From assembly GCA_032718475.1 (NCBI GenBank), contig JAUCBJ010000509.1, positions 1 through 47,230 on the forward strand: DNA of 47,230 nucleotides, given 5' to 3'. This DNA is from Nemertoderma westbladi. Taxonomy: Eukaryota > Animalia > Xenacoelomorpha. Shown here piece by piece: positions 1 through 12,502 of this stretch. Positions within the stretch are counted from its first letter, which is position 1. The number at the start of each line of letters is the position of its first letter. The translations under genes and the position numbers were made by a program. Below the pieces are notes generated by a model. It searched no databases. It saw only the letters and a list, made by a program, of their open reading frames with translations, and was not told where the DNA came from.

Positions 1-2151
1 TAACGCTAGCACAGTAGAGATACCAAAAGTCGAGGTCGCCAACGACACTGCGACAGACAGATGCGGTGGCCTTTGGCCTAGATGGCGAGTTGTTTGAGTA
101 CCGGTACATGATATGGCTGAATAGTCGCGAATAACTGAATACTCTGAACTCTGCAACCTGGAAATGCTGGAATGGCTGATGAAAGTGAAATAGGCCTACC
201 ACACGTTCCAAGGCAGCAAGGGAACATTATTAATTGCTGCATTGTACCGGTATTGCTGAATTTCAAACCCCCTGATATATCCTGCAGTCTCCTAGCAACC
301 AGCTGATGCCAAGCCTAATAATTTTTGTGTAAATAAATTTATTATAACTGCAAGACAGTTACACAGATGCTGCACGAAGACCCCACGCAAATTTAACTTG
401 GAAAATTTCTAAACTTTTGCCAGACTACATACTGTATGTACCATTTGTGTACCGTTTGGATATATTTTATCGAGATTTGGCTGAGTTATTAATGTTTAAA
501 ATAGAACAACAGAGCAACAGACATACCGATTGAGTTAGTGGTACCTGTATGCTTTCGTCGCTCGCCCCACAAGTACAGCAGTAATCAGTCAGTCAAATAT
601 AGTCAACCAATATAACCAAGCCAAGGTAATTGACTATGATTCTCTGCATCCTGCCCTGATGTTACTCAGCAAAACACAACAGGTATGCTCTGCGTCAGCA
701 AAAGACAGAGTGAGATACTGGCCAGGGCGAACCTAGCAGTTCCTGGAAAAACGCCCTCTTATCTCATTGCTGGTCAACAACCAATAAAAAGCCACCATCT
801 TGCCATGTTTAATACAATATCATATATCAGCAATGTTGAATGACAAACTCTTATTCACTGGGCATACAGCCAGACACAGTCTATAGATAGTTGCTCAGAT
901 AGTCAGCAGGCTAGAAATTAACACACGAGCAGTCTAACAATCACAGTCGGGAGTCAAGCCAACTGACTGTTGTCACAGTTCACAATGTATACTGAAGAAC
1001 ACTCTATTGAAGTACAACAACGACGAGGATGAGTGAATCCATTGGGAGATCCATGCGTGGTTCTGGAGGAGGAAGCAGTCTGTAGTGAACTCCATGACAC
1101 AAGAATATCACTGTTTGGGAGGCAGCAATGGATCAGTATCAGGCTGTGACACAGGATCCATCGGAATGAAACAGTGGGTCAAACCGCGTCGAGGAAGATG
1201 GAGGGAACACGGCAGGAGGTACAGTCTACAGGGGGCTGTGGGAGGCGAGGGGACTGATGGAATGGCAACGGGTGGGCCCACTGTATGACGCCGTACGAGG
1301 AGGAACCCAGGGAGTCTACCAGCCGAGGAGAACGTTGAGACTACATCTCGAGCACGAGGCTACAACGCCTCCAAGAAGCTCCTCTACAAAGCGAAGAGGA
1401 TTGGTAAGGTGGATCGAACGAAGCTTCTATATAAGGATGGTTTTTCCAATAAACATTTTGAGTGCTAAGCTCGATTTAGGCAATGGGAAGTGGCAGATGA
1501 GCAGGCGTGAGAGGTGGCTGTGGACTTATTTGAACTTCAACGATTAAATATGATAGCTTTTGATAAAGTGTATATGGTGGAGATATGAATGAGGGGGATA
1601 TAATTAATAGATAAAGCCAGTTCGGATGGTGTCAGCCTCAAGATAAATACGGAGGACTAGATATCATCTGTGGGGAGGGCCAGTAGAATCAATAAAAAGC
1701 AGACATACTTTATCATCATTTGTCTATGATTGAGATTTAATGTGTATTTGAATGGATTAAAAATCATTATCAATAGAAACCAAGATAAGAAATTATCAGA
1801 GCGCTCTGTAGCAGCCAATTACAGCCGATTTTCAAAATTGGCTTGCCACATTTACTTAAACCCACCACATTGACATAGATTTTACGAAAAGAACACACCC
1901 TGCCATTCTATTCAGAGCACCTTGTTACCCACTATTCGATTGTTTCTAGCCAAACAGTTTTTCGCACACTAACAGTGGTGGCAAAAATTTTTTTTGTTAA
2001 GCCAGCATAGCAGCTATATGTGCATGTGCAGCTTCAATGCAGTGGGCTGATAGTTCTGCCTACTGAGCTATATAAACACAAATCAAAAGCAAATCGAGAA
2101 ATATTATTACCAAAAACATTTAAGAATTCCTACAGTTGTCAATATAACACC

Positions 2152-3453
2152 TCACAAACATCTAAAAGTAGACACAGCCACCAGAGCTAAGATAAATGGC
2201 AACCCAAATAAACTGAGTAGCGAGCAAGCAAGTTCCATACCAAAGTAATCATTGAAGAATCCACCTATAACAGGACCTATAATAGCTCCTATTGAGAATG
2301 CAATTCGAAGCATTTGTTGGAGAAGAGATCTGGTATCAACATTATCATGATAACCACAAACATTCACTGCCATTTGTGTCTGTGTTTCCAGGGCTGGAAC
2401 GTGATATAATCCACAACCTAATCCAAGGAGAGCACATCCAGTGATAGAAATGTTGAGATCATGAGGTAAACCCAGTAGCTCTGTAGGACCTATTAGTTGC
2501 ATTGACACTGCTAGTAACATTGCACCGAATATGGTTGGTAATATAGTCTTCAATTTCTCCATCATTAAGGATATTATTAGACTAGTAGAAGTATCAATAC
2601 TTGGAAATATAATATAAATACGACCAATATTGTACTGGTTGACATTGTAGTTGTGGTAAATGTAGGCAGCATAGTTCGCAACTGTGAAGGATGATAATGT
2701 TCTGGAACAAATATTCATAATAAATATAAGTGTAATTGTTGGATTCTTCAGAAGCCCAATATAAGTTGGTCTGTCATTCGATTCACATCTGTCGTAAATA
2801 TAACGTGGCGACTCCATCCAGCAGTAAAGTAGAATAATAAGAAACATCAAACCCGATATTATAAATGGGAACTCAAAACCCAATGAAGCGAAAATGGATG
2901 AGCCAAAAACTGGTGCAACCATGAATCCCACAGCGCCACAAACAATTGATAAACTGGCTAATAAAGTTCTCTGTGCAGGCCACAATTCCATCAATAGACT
3001 GTATGAATACATATAACTGATGTTGAGTCCAATTGCCTCAATTATGCGCAGAGAAAAACAAGCGAATATATATAACCCATTGTTGTTGTTTGGGATATAT
3101 TCTACAAACCCAAATGCCAATTGGGAGACAGCCCCAATAATTCCAAATAGGCCCAAAGAGATACGAATTCCCCAATTGTTGATAGAATGAGGGCAACTAA
3201 TGTATATTATAAGTCTGACCATAGCAAACATTGCCAATAATGTACCAATCAGAGTCTTTGACCAACCACGCTCTTCTACAACAATTGGAAAGAATGTTTC
3301 CAGTAGATTCTGACACCAACCTGGTATCATTTGATACATCAGCAACATGGCCACCAACATGTAAAGTCGCCAGCCCTTTCGATGACTATTCTGATCAGCA
3401 TTAATTTTATTTGTTTCATCATAAGGTATAACGGAAGCTGCTCCTTCTGACAT
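2152..3453 (-). CDS. MFS transporter, SLC18B1-like (copy A), 433 aa, uninterrupted ORF
   Basis: Many hydrophobic segments. Motifs LLETFFPIVVEERG, GFMVAPVFGSSIFASLGFEFPFIISG, LIGPTELLGLP and AFSIGAIIGPVIGGFFNDYFG resemble SLC18B1-type MFS. Start placed at ATG 3453 because the context ctacaagATGTCAGAAGG is shared with the other two copies. Confidence 0.9.
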   Translation of the reverse strand: MSEGAASVIPYDETNKINADQNSHRKGWRLYMLVAMLLMYQMIPGWCQNLLETFFPIVVEERGWSKTLIGTLLAMFAMVRLIIYISCPHSINNWGIRISLGLFGIIGAVSQLAFGFVEYIPNNNNGLYIFACFSLRIIEAIGLNISYMYSYSLLMELWPAQRTLLASLSIVCGAVGFMVAPVFGSSIFASLGFEFPFIISGLMFLIILLYCWMESPRYIYDRCESNDRPTYIGLLKNPTITLIFIMNICSRTLSSFTVANYAAYIYHNYNVNQYNIGRIYIIFPSIDTSTSLIISLMMEKLKTILPTIFGAMLLAVSMQLIGPTELLGLPHDLNISITGCALLGLGCGLYHVPALETQTQMAVNVCGYHDNVDTRSLLQQMLRIAFSIGAIIGPVIGGFFNDYFGMELACSLLSLFGLPFILALVAVSTFRCL

Positions 3454-3735
3454 CTTGTAGACCAACTTCTAATTGATTATTAATATTGCAGAGCTACTTC
3501 AAATTGATTAATTTATTTTATATTAATTAATATGATTATCTTAATAGCCCATGTATTGCTAGTTATTTGAATGACTAAATTGAATGTATGCCTACACGCT
3601 ATCATGCTATATACTGACAACCACAGTCGATAATCATTATAAACCTTGATATTCCTTACCAGCGTAGTATCTATTGTGTTAATGTTGCAGCAACGCCTTA
3701 ACATAAGCCGTTGTTTTGTATTACTATCTCAAAGA

Positions 3736-3801
3736 AATGCAAAGAAATTGCACTTAGAATAATAGATATATCTATTATTCTAAGTGCAATTTCTTTGCAT
3801 T
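3736..3801. repeat. Perfect 66-bp palindrome (33-bp arms, no loop)
   Basis: aatgcaaagaaattgcacttagaataatagata is followed directly by its exact reverse complement. Confidence 0.95.
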
Positions 3802-3944
3802 GTGGCTTTCGATTTGTTATGGCTGCAATGTCTCCGCTAAAGGCTCACCTAACTGGATATCCACTGGGAAGCAGAACCTCAAAATTCTGCCAATCACCTT
3901 TCTTCTTATTGATGATGGGCTGTTTTCTGAGAAAGAAATTTATT

Positions 3945-4800
3945 TAACACTATTTGACCCCGGGCTATTTTTCCTACGTAATTGGTGCGGGGGAGTGCCA
4001 TTTAGAAATTTTTTAGCTTTCTTCATATCTTGGCTGAATAATTACAATTTTTAAGATATAATTTTTCAAAGAGCTGAAAAATATTACTCAATAAATATTA
4101 TCTGGTAAAGTATAACCATATATATTTTATGATGCTATTCTGGTGGGACGAAAAATACGAAAATTAAAAACTGAAAATTGTTGTTTTCTATTCATGTGTT
4201 TCAGGGTCTTTATCCCCCTAAATTAAACACAAACAATATTTTAGATATTTCATTAATTCCTATTCTTTTCACTAACATTTAAATTTCCCGCGAACACTAA
4301 TAATTCGATAAATTCTTCACTCCATCACCTAAAATACCAGACATTCGTACTCATTCATTCTTATGAATGAATGTCAAAAATTGATTATACGGGTTTTAGG
4401 TCGCTGATTAAGATTGCACTTGTTTAAAAAATTTTATTGTAGTCCTCTAACTGTCAAAATTGTTATAAATTTGTGCTACACTAATTGTATTGGATGCCAC
4501 ATTGATACATATTCAAAAATGCCATATTCAATGAGCTGCGATATATTTGAGTGTCATTCGTGTTCAGCATGACCAAACCCATAATGTCATAAAATCAGGT
4601 TGATTTTTCATGAGAATATTTGCACTATTTTTGTTTCGTGCCCCTAGGTGCACTTATCAAAATTATCAGAATTTTTCTCGAATGTTATATTTGAGTTCCA
4701 TAATCGCAATCAGCATTCAAAAAACCTCTACATACTGAAAATTTATTTTTTTTGGCAGCCATTTAAAACTTTCAAAAATTTCACCACGAAAAATATAGAT
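3945..4800. mobile_element. Possible non-autonomous DNA transposon/MITE remnant
   Basis: Begins TTAA-CACTATTTGACCCCGGG, a TTAA-flanked terminus style, followed by AT-rich non-coding sequence. Second terminus not found; right boundary approximate. Confidence 0.3.
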
Positions 4801-5526
4801 GCCAGAATGGTGCTAGAATGGTCCCAAAGCATGAAAACTAACAACGCTATTTAATAGAAATGTCACGAAATCTAGGTTTTTACAACAAATCTGGCTCAAA
4901 GATACAGCAGGTGAATTACAAAAAAATTTATAAAATGAAACAGGCACGGAGGCCAAATAGATCCCAAAAGTTTTGTGGAATGGACAAGAAGGATGCCTTT
5001 CAATTACTTTGAAGTCTTTACACATCTCGTGCCTGTCAGATAGCCAATGCAATGTGGGCTCTCTATTGAGTTTCATGATGTGTTTATGCGGTTTGTAAAG
5101 ATTTGTAAGTCTTGTTTTGTATACAATGAACTACCATTTATTGTTTGGTGCCAAGTCCTGTTGTTGTGTAATGCGTTGGTCATCCATCAGGTGATCCATC
5201 ATATTACACCCCACAAGTGATGCGAGAACAAATATGCATGCATGTTAAAATCAAGAATGTTGAGAAAACAAACCGAACTGTATATGTGGAAGATATGGAT
5301 ATGAGCCCATGCAACCTTCTAAAGAACAAGTCAGTTTTACGGCCTCAGTAATCGAACATATGGAACTAGCAGTAGGCGCAGGGACCATCTGTTCAATGAC
5401 CTGTTTGCTGAACTGAACCCCTGCATACGCATCTGAAACTTCAATTTTCGAAAATTGAATGCCTTTTACTTTGCGTTTTTCTACGATATTCCGCTGAACG
5501 TCATAAAATCGGAATTATACATTTTG

Positions 5527-5757
5527 AAAGGGAATAGCACAACAGTGAATCGAAGTGGATAAAGATTGTTTGATAGATGCTTTATAATCAACCTGGAACA
5601 CATGTTATGTCCTCAACAGTACAAGTTTCTGCTGATTGATCAAGAATAAATTATTTATCATGCTTTGTTCATTCATTCTCTCATATAATATATTTCTTTG
5701 TACTGCATAAACCCTAATCAACAGGATTTCAAATTCATTTGATTCCTATATGGCAGG
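5527..5757 (-). promoter_or_regulatory. Conserved upstream non-coding block of MFS copy A (inverted copy at 28187-28417)
   Basis: 231 bp with 3 mismatches to the reverse complement of 28187-28417. Its core motif also appears at ~10075-10120 (-) and ~40041-40070 (+). Regulatory role is inferred. Confidence 0.6.
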
Positions 5758-5829
5758 AAGATAGAGTGAATTTCTAACTCCCACGTTTGATCACTAACTC
5801 CAATTCTTTTTGTATTCCACCAGCCAGTA

Positions 5830-7030
5830 GAAGCTAAGTTCCCAAATCCCTGGTGGGACATGGTGGTGTACTTGAGCAAGTGGCTTACATCACCACCCTG
5901 GAGAAGTACATAAAGGATGTAATTGTAGCAATTACAGCTTAACTGCTGCCATCAAGACTTACTGGCAAACTGTAAATGATGTACCTGTATGGTAAAGTTG
6001 TGCATTGAGGTCAGCCCTACAAGGAAAATATATGACAAGATGCTTCAAGAAACAGAGGGCTTTTCATTCACTACACCTGCCGAACCTCAGAGAAGCATTA
6101 AAAGCATGCCCAATCAAATAGCATGTGGGTCTGATTAAATCCCTCAGAGGTATAGAAAACAGGAGCACTGAACAGACCATTATTGAATGTTTGCAAACAT
6201 ATGTTGTAATGGAAGCTATTAACTAAAGCCTCTCCACAAGAAAGGAGACCCCATTGAACCAACAAACTATCCTAGTATTGGTCTCCTTGTAGTTGCTGCC
6301 AAAACATGGGTCCTAGTAAACTTCCAGAAACTTCCAGGGTGGCACACTTGGTTCAGGGTGTAACAAAAGGACCCCTACAGTCGGCAGCAGGGCTGCAGGC
6401 CATGGATAGGCGGAAGGTAATCAACCAACGGCTAGACATGCTGACAAGGTCGGCGGAAGGTACTCAACCAATGGCGATCTACTGCGAAGACGCTTGTAGG
6501 AGTTGCGACCACAAGCGGTTCACTCCCGCAACTGAAAGATATGAGTATGAGAACCCTCCAGGAGAAATACCGGCTCGGTCGTCGCCCGGGTCAACAAGGA
6601 CCGCGTCCCCCAGTGGTACACCAGGCTGGGGTCGATAAATTGGCTACTGGAACAGAAGACCGAGAAGAAAGAAGAACCAACCTGTTGAAATGTAAAAAGA
6701 CACTAAAGATTGCTACAATGAATGCACGCATGCACGCTGAAAGCACATACCAAACAGGGTGACATGGTCGCTCTGGCAATGGAATATAACATTGACATCA
6801 TCTGCATCCAAGAACATCGGATTTGTCATGAAGACACTGCCATGAAGTACAATGACATTGGAAATGGATGGACGTTAGTAACAAGCTCAGCAGTAAGAAA
6901 CTCGGCCAATGCATCAATTGGTGGAGTAGGAATTCTGCTAAGCCCATTTGCACTTAAGACCCTAAACAACTACAAAGTGCATAAGGATCTCAAATCATAC
7001 GGAAAAGCATGGCAAGGAAAGACGAAATAT
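5830..7030 (+). mobile_element. RTE-clade LINE 5' portion with AP-endonuclease N-terminus, frameshifted and internally deleted
   Basis: APE motifs LKIATMNAR, DIICIQEHR and GGVGILLS in the 6541 and 6722 ORFs. GKAW at the end resembles the start of the RT C-terminal fragment at 37668. Left boundary approximate. Confidence 0.7.
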
Positions 7031-7100
7031 TGAGATTAATTGTACTTCACGCAATGAACCTGTTAACCCCTTCCGTACGGTGACATACCTGGTATGTCAC

Positions 7101-7500
7101 CATGAAGTGTACTGTGACATACCTGGTATGTCATGTTTTGTTTACAGTTCTATGCTCAGTGAAAAGATGCAGTAGCATGAATGGTACATTTTAAATTACT
7201 CTCAGGGCTCTCCATGGTACTATGCTTTCTGGCTTTAGTAGTTTGAGTTCTGGTAGTCTGACAGTGTGTGGTTTACTGCTGTACTTACCGGTAGTACTAC
7301 CATGAAGGGTACTGTGACATACCTGGTATGTCATGTTTTGTTTACAGTTCTATGCTCAGTGAAAAGATGCAGTAGCATGAATGGTACATTTTAAATTACT
7401 CTCAGGGCTCTCCATGGTACTATGCTTTCTGGCTTTAGTAGTTTGAGAGCTGGCAGTCTGACAGTGTGTGGTTTACTGCTGTACTTACCGGTAGTACTAC
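7101..7500 (+). repeat. Near-identical 200-bp tandem duplication in the piggyBac left end
   Basis: 7101-7300 and 7301-7500 differ at only a few bases; each contains the palindrome TGACATACCTGGTATGTCA. Confidence 0.95.
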
Positions 7501-7705
7501 ATAGCTATTGGCTATAGCTCTGGTACAGTGGTAGACTGGTAGTGTGTGTCGTTATGTAGTACCAGTAGGCCTAGTTATCTGTTTATGGCGGGTGTATACC
7601 CAGTACGTCAACGGAATCGGTTGCTACGATTTGGTTATGATGACGGTCACACGAATTCCGATTCCGAATCCTCGAATCCCAGGGATGATGATACCGATAC
7701 CGATT

Positions 7706-8100
7706 GATAGCGTAGCAATTGATAAATACAACCATACAATGGGTGGAGTAGATATAACCGATCAATACATCTCATCATGTAGTGCCGCTCGCCGAACCCA
7801 CGCGTGGTTTAAAAAACTAGGCATTCACTTTATTCAGCGCCTATTATTGAATGCGTACGTTTTATACAAACAAGAACAAAAACCTGTAACACGAAACGAG
7901 AAACCTAAAAAAATCGTATTCACGGATTTTGTGTATCACTCTGTGGCCTTTCTTACTGGAGTTCCTGATGAGAACAAACGAGTTACAACAAAGAGGAAGT
8001 CGACTCCTGCTACCTCATCCCAGCCACAAACGATACCTCGACCACATATATTAGAAAAGATAATATCGGCGGAATCCAGCAAACCACAGAAACGCTGCAT
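7706..8100 (+). pseudogene. piggyBac transposase C-terminal fragment
   Basis: YNHTMGGVDITDQ...WFKKLGIHFIQRLLLNAYVLYK is the piggyBac/PGBD motif. The Cys-rich domain is truncated after PQKRC. Confidence 0.85.
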
Positions 8101-8124
8101 TAACTATGTACCAGACTATATTTC

Positions 8125-8510
8125 CGTATATATCTTTTTATATATATATGTACATGTATATATAATATATTTACATGATATAATTAATGACATGACAATG
8201 ATAATGGCAATGTTATCAAACATCCTATAAATTTAAAAAAAAAAATTTTAAAAATTAAAAATTTTTTTTTATATACAGTACTATTTTATACAATCTAAAA
8301 TAAATATATATACACATATATATATTATATATTTATTTATATATATATTTAAAAATATATATTTTATATATTATTATAATATATATATATACAGTATATA
8401 AATATAATGAAATATGTACTAAATATATAATATATATAATAAATATATATATATCAATATATATATACAAATATATATTATATTCACTATATGTGGCATA
8501 TATATGCATA
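8125..8510. repeat. AT-rich low-complexity (TA)n-like tract inside the piggyBac
   Basis: Almost exclusively A/T with tata runs. Confidence 0.85.
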
Positions 8511-8730
8511 AAATAAGTTTGGGTACCCTTTTGTTAGAAAAATATCACCATAAGGATCTCATATAAAAAAATGTTTTTTTCAGTGCCCTAGATGTATGCT
8601 TTTTTTTTATCTTCAGTATGGAAGGGGTTAAAGCACTGTTGTGTATTGCCATCTAGAGATTCTGTGTCCTCAGCAGTTAGAGCCCAGAATGGTCTCCCAT
8701 ATAATAATACTTGTTTTACTGCTTGCTACC

Positions 8731-9050
8731 CTACTACTACTGCCATAATCGGCCTGCTGCATTGAAGCACATTGAGAAGCTATGCTGCTGGCTTAACAAA
8801 AGGAATTTTGCCACCATCATGCAATCCACAATTTGCAAGCCCAATGCACGCATTAAAAACCTGGCTTATCAACAAAGTTGCTCCACCACAACTCCTTATC
8901 CCCATGACTCCCATGACTTTCGCGAGATTATCCGCATCTCCAAGGCCAGTGTCCTTTAACAGGCATCTCAAGAAAGTCATGGGCTCTCCCCATCCTTATT
9001 TTCTCCACGGTGCTGCCAAAGCGCAATATTGTGCACAAGCTCGTCATTAC
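8731..9050 (-). mobile_element. RTE LINE 3' end with (TAG)n tail
   Basis: ORF MTFLRCLLKDTGLGDADNLAKVMG matches the end of the 37695 ORF; ctactactact tail at the 3' end. Confidence 0.8.
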
Positions 9051-10479
9051 GCCGAAAACAACTGCTCCATTCTTACCAGCAGACGATTGGTATTGAATGA
9101 TTCAAACATATACTATCACTCCCTAGAAACTTGTCACACTATCTGTACAATTGATAATTTATTGGTAATATTTATTGGCAATAATTTTTTGATTATTGGT
9201 TTTGTTACAAATAGTTTTGATATTGTCAGTCAATGTACTTTCGATATATATGCCCCACCCTTATCACACAAGTTTGATTTAGTTGTATTAAGCTAATTTT
9301 ATACATTTTAGGCAGCCCCATGGTTGCTCTGTCATTTTATATTACAAATTATTTTCTCTACTTAGTGAAGCCGAGTTTTGAGGCCTTTGCGGCTGTCAAA
9401 TTATATCAAACTCAATTCCTCTAGGATTAGGATAATACAAGGAGTTTATAGTATAACTAGCAGGTCATTCCCTAGGCGGGTTACCCGGTATTTCCCGATA
9501 ATTGTATTGCACTTATTTCCGCTTTTGCGACTGCCTGTAATGTTTCCACCAATATTTTAGGCAGTAACAAAGTCGTGTGTTCTCAGCACCAAAGTTTCCA
9601 AGTAAAGCGAGAAATGTGAAGTGAAGCAAGAACCTTATTTTTTATGGTCTTTTTTTCAGATTAATTTTTACTCTGGCAGATATTACGGTATCATTTTATT
9701 CTCAACAGTCTCAGTGCTACAGTATTATATTATTTTCAAATGTACAAAGAACTTAATTATCTCATATGTTCTGATTGTCGTTTCTTAATTAGCAGTGTCC
9801 GAAGTTATAACCTTTGCTTTTCACACGTTGGTAAACGCTACACTACACCTATGTGTACTATAAGCCGGTAGGCCTATACACCTGACTGTTGCTTCTCTAG
9901 CTATTGATTCTCAATTTAATTGTGTTTTCTACGACTTGTTTCTGTTTCTGTAACCTGTTCCCTATCCTTCTAACCTGGGTGTGGGTAGGCATGGGCGTAG
10001 TACAGGGTGTTACCCCCGAGTACAGGAAAACAAACTAATAGTAAAACTACTAACAATGATCGATTGACAGATTGATGTATAAGATGCTTTATAAATCACC
10101 CTGGAACACCTGTTATGTGTGCAAATCTACATGTTCGAGCAAATAGACCAAGAATATATTAAAGTATATTAAGATCAAATACGATTTTGTTGCAGCACTC
10201 TTGCTTCTTGCTAGTATAATAGATTTCCTGGAACATTATAGTATGAACCTATTATATTGAATATTAAATATACATATAATTATGTGTATACTTACATATT
10301 TCTGAATCCAGTACATTGTTAGTGGCCATGGCAACCATATCCTCTGAAGCCTTTGGCCAATAATGAATATAATTTCTGATGTCAAACATTTAGTTGAAAA
10401 TTATACCCCAACTAGTAATAAAATATTGGTTGGAGATATTAATGCTTAACATTAATTATTTATTATAATTACTTATTTT

Positions 10480-11557
10480 CATATAGTGCAGTTCATGATT
10501 GAGTTCAGTTCAGTAGCTGCCCGGACTTTCTGGAATATTTCGATTTTCATAGTTTATGGGACTTGTTGACTTGTATGCTGTAGATTCTACATGCACACAT
10601 TGTGTATAAAATTGTATATATCTACTATAAATCATTTTTTTCATTTCCAACCAATTCTACTATAGACCATTTTTTCATTTCCAATACAATGATGACCAAT
10701 CTACAAGGTTATGTAATTCATTCTGGGGAAAATTTGCCTTATCATACATAGTTCTATCAAATATTTAGCCTCAGTTCCATCTATTTAAATGCATAGGCTT
10801 TTCCTTTTGTTCGGCACAGCTTTGCAAAGTCGGCAATGACGTCCAGGTGGGATCGAACTGGTGACCTCCAGGTTGGAAGTCTGATGCTATTGGCTTTTCC
10901 TGTGAAACGTAATTATAAAAGGGCGGATGCATAACAGAGAATGTATTTTGTATATTGTCTAAAGTGTCACTTGGAAAAATGCGTCTACAATTGGCATGCT
11001 GCATCGCAGCTGCATTATATATTTAGGAATGCTGTGCCGGCTTGTCGATAAAATTGCATCGCCACAACTCCCTATCACCCATAACATTTGCTAGAGAAGC
11101 TGCATCTTCAAGACCGGAGTGCCCTTAAGAGGTGTCTCAAGAAAGTCATGGGTTCTCATGTCTACTATGCTTATTCACTCCATGTCGCCACTAAATCACA
11201 AGATTATGCACTGGCAGGTCCTCATGGCGAAGGCAATGTCATGCAAGAAGGATTTATTCATCACTGCACGAACAATGCAGAGCCGAAGGGCAGAAGTTGA
11301 TTTCCGGAAGAGTGGTGGTGCAGGTGTTCCTGCTCCTTACCCAGCCATGGACTTCGACCTCGCTCCACATACATGATGCAACACAACTCCCAGCAGGGAT
11401 CCCAAACTTCTGTAAACCCCCCCATTTATTCTAATTAACTTGGCAGGGAAACTAGTGCCGAAGTCTTCAGTTTACAAGTTTAGTTTAGGATTCCCATTCC
11501 AGAGGCCGAGGTCCCGGCCATTTATTCATTATTTTGTTAACTTATGACTGCTGAATA
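10480..11557 (+). repeat. Local duplicated segment, copy 1 (continues at 24596-24610 after the BEL insertion); contains an RTE 3' fragment at ~11000-11280 (-)
   Basis: Near-identical to 30388-31359 plus 32923-33015; duplicated short ORFs at 11088/30968 and 11119/30999. Confidence 0.92.
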
Positions 11558-12495
11558 TGTTCGTGCCGCTGACTTTTTCTAACTCACAACGCGATATTTG
11601 TCATGGAGCGATGGTATTTTTACGTTGAGTTGCAATACGCTAATTAATTAGTACTTTAATAGGCTTAATGAATATATGAAGTGTATGTATAGATTACGGT
11701 GCCCGGAATGTAATTGAACCAGACAACAATCGGACACAAAGGGCTGTCAATCACACACAGTGCACTGGCAATAAAGGGCAGAGAACAAATGGCTTGACAC
11801 TCACCGTGTGCGGCAAATAGCTCCCCTTGTTTCCCTTTAATTGTTGAACAACGTCTTGTGTTATATCTTTCTTCATATATTACTTTCAATGCAGATTACA
11901 GTATATACCGTATATATCAAACTTATTATACAGTTAATAATTAATGATTTATAAATACTGCATACATAACTATTAAATTTAGTACTATTTGAACTTAATT
12001 TTATTGCTTTCCTATAGCAACTCTATCGCGTTACGGTGAGGGATAAATTAATAATCACCGCTCAATATTAAACCAAGGCCTTATATACCACATAACAAAT
12101 AGGGATGTCCTATACACAAGTACAGCAGCTGCGATTGCCCTAGAAATTCAACCAATCACAGCGTCAGAAATCTGTAAATCTCATTAACTGCCATCTGGTT
12201 GTTACAGCTGAATCTTCTACAATAAGTAGAATATGAGAAAGAAAAGAAAGCACACAATATAAATTACGTTTCAATAACCTAACCAACCACCAATATGGCC
12301 CTCATGGATTTGCCTTAGGACGGCAGAATATATTAAGTTATTAATAGTAATTAATTCACTGTACCGTAATAGGGGAACATAATCATTGGTGAAATCAGGT
12401 TATGGAATATAAACTAATGAGAGCTTATAACGATATTTAAGATACTGAATAGGGCCTATAACAGATAAACTAAATATAGGCGAGTTTCACCAACA
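11558..12495 (-). repeat. 3' LTR of BEL family 1
   Basis: Direct repeat of 23658-24595 at an exact 12,100-bp offset; 6 substitutions and no indels counted by eye. Confidence 0.97.
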
Positions 12496-12502
12496 CCGCC
12501 CC
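12496..12502 (-). promoter_or_regulatory. Polypurine tract (GGGGCGG)
   Basis: The minus strand reads ttttGGGGCGG immediately before the TGTTGG start of the 3' LTR. Confidence 0.75.

Larger units (their letters stand above)
7067..8627 (+). mobile_element. Non-autonomous (internally deleted) piggyBac transposon, 1561 bp
   Basis: TTAA at 7063-7066 and 8628-8631; TIRs CCCCTTCCGTACGG and CCCCTTCCATACTG; internal transposase fragment. Confidence 0.9.
7037..8698 (-). mobile_element. Short RTE RT fragment split by the piggyBac insertion
   Basis: The reverse complement of 8632-8698 joined to 7037-7066 reads contiguously and matches 37791-37886 (ctgggctctaactgctgaggacac...ggttcattg.gt.aagtacaat). Confidence 0.75.

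Noticed and set aside
1020-1547. GC-richer stretch with short ORFs
   Set aside because: No recognisable motif in any frame; possibly a decayed retroelement but unsupported.
11665-11889. Identical 74-aa ORF in both LTRs (also 23765-23989)
   Set aside because: The identity simply reflects LTR duplication; non-ATG start and no recognisable domain.
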